Source: a virus
Taxonomy: Duplodnaviria; Caudoviricetes
Reading direction: 5' to 3' (one strand)
DNA: 64,000 nt
Virus record (IMG/VR): IMGVR_UViG_3300049458_000012
Span: 1-64,000 of that record
The position numbers were made by a program, and so were the translations under genes. Positions within the stretch are counted from its first letter, which is position 1; every line of letters begins with the position of its first letter. The notes under the pieces are model-generated. The model made no database searches. It was not told the origin of the DNA and saw nothing but the letters and a program-made list of their open reading frames with translations. Positions 62,764 through 64,000 of the stretch are shown piece by piece.

Positions 62764-63207
62764 CTAAAAGTCACCCGGGGCGACCTGCGCACAAGTGATC
62801 CCACGACGGCGCCACATCGCGACAACCTTGTCGCGATCGTCAAACACTATGTCGATTTTGCGACCGTTGGCGAGTGCTTCGTCCAACCACTTCATCTTCA
62901 ACTCGTCATCCGGGGTGTAGTCCCCCGTCGCCCGCATGCGCAAAAGGATGCCATAGGAGTCGATGTAAGGGGCGTGCTTCAAAAACCAATGGCGAGTCTC
63001 TTTGCGCACGGACTCTTCCCGCCCGCTCCAGATCTGCACCTCGTGGTTGGTGCGCACCATGGAATAAAGGACCTTGAGCACCGCGGGCTTCGGCGTGTCT
63101 TGCACGCAGGCCTTATAGAAGGCGGTCCAATCGGAACGTGGTGCTGTCACCAAGTGCCTGCGATGTTCAATATCGCACAGCGTGCCGTCGAGATCGAAAA
63201 TGATCAT
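62764..63207 (-). CDS. HAD phosphatase (polynucleotide kinase 3'-phosphatase-like)
   Basis: DLDGTL, SGR, LRMR..GD..PDDELK, FDDR. Confidence 0.88.
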   Translation of the reverse strand: MIIFDLDGTLCDIEHRRHLVTAPRSDWTAFYKACVQDTPKPAVLKVLYSMVRTNHEVQIWSGREESVRKETRHWFLKHAPYIDSYGILLRMRATGDYTPDDELKMKWLDEALANGRKIDIVFDDRDKVVAMWRRRGITCAQVAPGDF

Positions 63208-63223
63208 TGTGCTTTACCCTTTT

Positions 63224-64000
63224 TTAAAATGGAAGGTCATCGAAATGGCTGCAGTCTTCCCCGTGCTCTCCGTCTTGGCCGCCACACTCGTCACAGGCCA
63301 CCTCCACCGGAACAACCACCTCCACCGCCATGCCGTCCTTCGCAACCGGCGCCGCATAATGGCGACGGGTCCAAAAGAGCATCTTTGCCTGCTCACGGAC
63401 GTATGAATTTTCCATCGCGGGCAGATAGACAGGACACTCCGCTTTCCCGTACCGCGGGAACGCACAGGTGCCTTCCGAGACGCAGTGCACCTGGATGAAG
63501 TCTTCGGCCCACGGGTGCACCTCGATCACCGCAGCTCGCATCGCGCGCATGACGTCCTGATACTCGCCCGTCACCCGGGTGCAAAGGCGCACCTTCGCCG
63601 TGTCGTGGAGCGTGCGAAGGTTCCACTTCGCCATGATGTTCGTGAGGACGTTGGTCGGCAGTAATCCACGGGCATCTTGCACCGGCACACCGTCATCAAC
63701 CAACGCGCCATAAGCGGATTTCACCCCATCCACTTTTTCATTCCAAACTTCCATACGCACATCGTGATCCCTCACACTCTCCGGCATCAACACTTCCGCA
63801 TGCCGCGCATCAATCACGCGCATGGACTGCTGAGCGTAAGACCCTATGCGTGTGCGTACGAACTCGTGGGTGAAGGCGCGCGTCACACCCTCGATCTGGA
63901 ACACGTAATCGATGAACTCCCAGGAGGACTTGATGCTTTGCAGCATGTAGTTCAAGTGCTCGCGCTTCTTCTCCTCCGTCCACCCCACGGGGTCTTCCTC
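63224..64000 (-). CDS. thyX: Flavin-dependent thymidylate synthase (ThyX-like), 5'-truncated by the window
   Basis: WEF....F.IEGVTRAFTHEFVRTR..SYAQQSMR, QDARGLLPTN, NLRTL; the frame stays open to the window end. Confidence 0.85.
   Translation of the reverse strand, partial: EEDPVGWTEEKKREHLNYMLQSIKSSWEFIDYVFQIEGVTRAFTHEFVRTRIGSYAQQSMRVIDARHAEVLMPESVRDHDVRMEVWNEKVDGVKSAYGALVDDGVPVQDARGLLPTNVLTNIMAKWNLRTLHDTAKVRLCTRVTGEYQDVMRAMRAAVIEVHPWAEDFIQVHCVSEGTCAFPRYGKAECPVYLPAMENSYVREQAKMLFWTRRHYAAPVAKDGMAVEVVVPVEVACDECGGQDGEHGEDCSHFDDLPF

Noticed and set aside
1-64000. Integrated prophage with att sites or host flanks
   Set aside because: No integrase, host housekeeping genes or att-like repeats; every region is phage-like

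Overview
The whole window is one GC-rich tailed phage genome segment: a contractile-tailed (myovirus-type) phage with a Bcep781/PB1-like structural gene set, cut at both ends. Layout: (1) leftward early/middle genes at 1-7250 (YfaP-like 672-aa protein, lipoprotein, SNF2 helicase); (2) a divergent control region, then a small HTH protein, an AEP primase fused to a RepA-type helicase, an iteron-like repeat/palindrome block and a NusG/RfaH paralog (7390-11100); (3) a ~40-kb rightward late operon (terS, terL, large signal-peptide glycan-active proteins, portal, MuF, NUDIX-protease-scaffold fusion, capsid, neck, GH16 protein, sheath, tube, tape measure with lytic transglycosylase, baseplate, fibers, GH108 lysis cassette, class-3 lipase); (4) leftward genes at 51.6-64 kb (ClpX-type zinc finger, DUF1643, PD-(D/E)xK nuclease, DnaE, HNH, DnaQ, and a VOC / Nmad1 / SDR / HAD / ThyX-like cluster). 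Both window ends are minus-strand genes, consistent with a circularly permuted genome somewhat larger than the window. I saw no integrase, CI repressor, tRNA, rRNA or CRISPR array. Best candidates for new biology: the ThyX-SDR-VOC-Nmad1 nucleotide-modification cluster beside a phage family-C replicase; the exported glycoside hydrolase/PASTA cassette between terL and portal; RfaH-type late control with a ~130-nt structured RNA between terS and terL; a lipase closing a lysis cassette with no recognisable o-spanin; and a ClpX zinc-domain mimic plus an ssrA-tag-like C-terminus. All family assignments come from reading motifs by eye; no database search was run.
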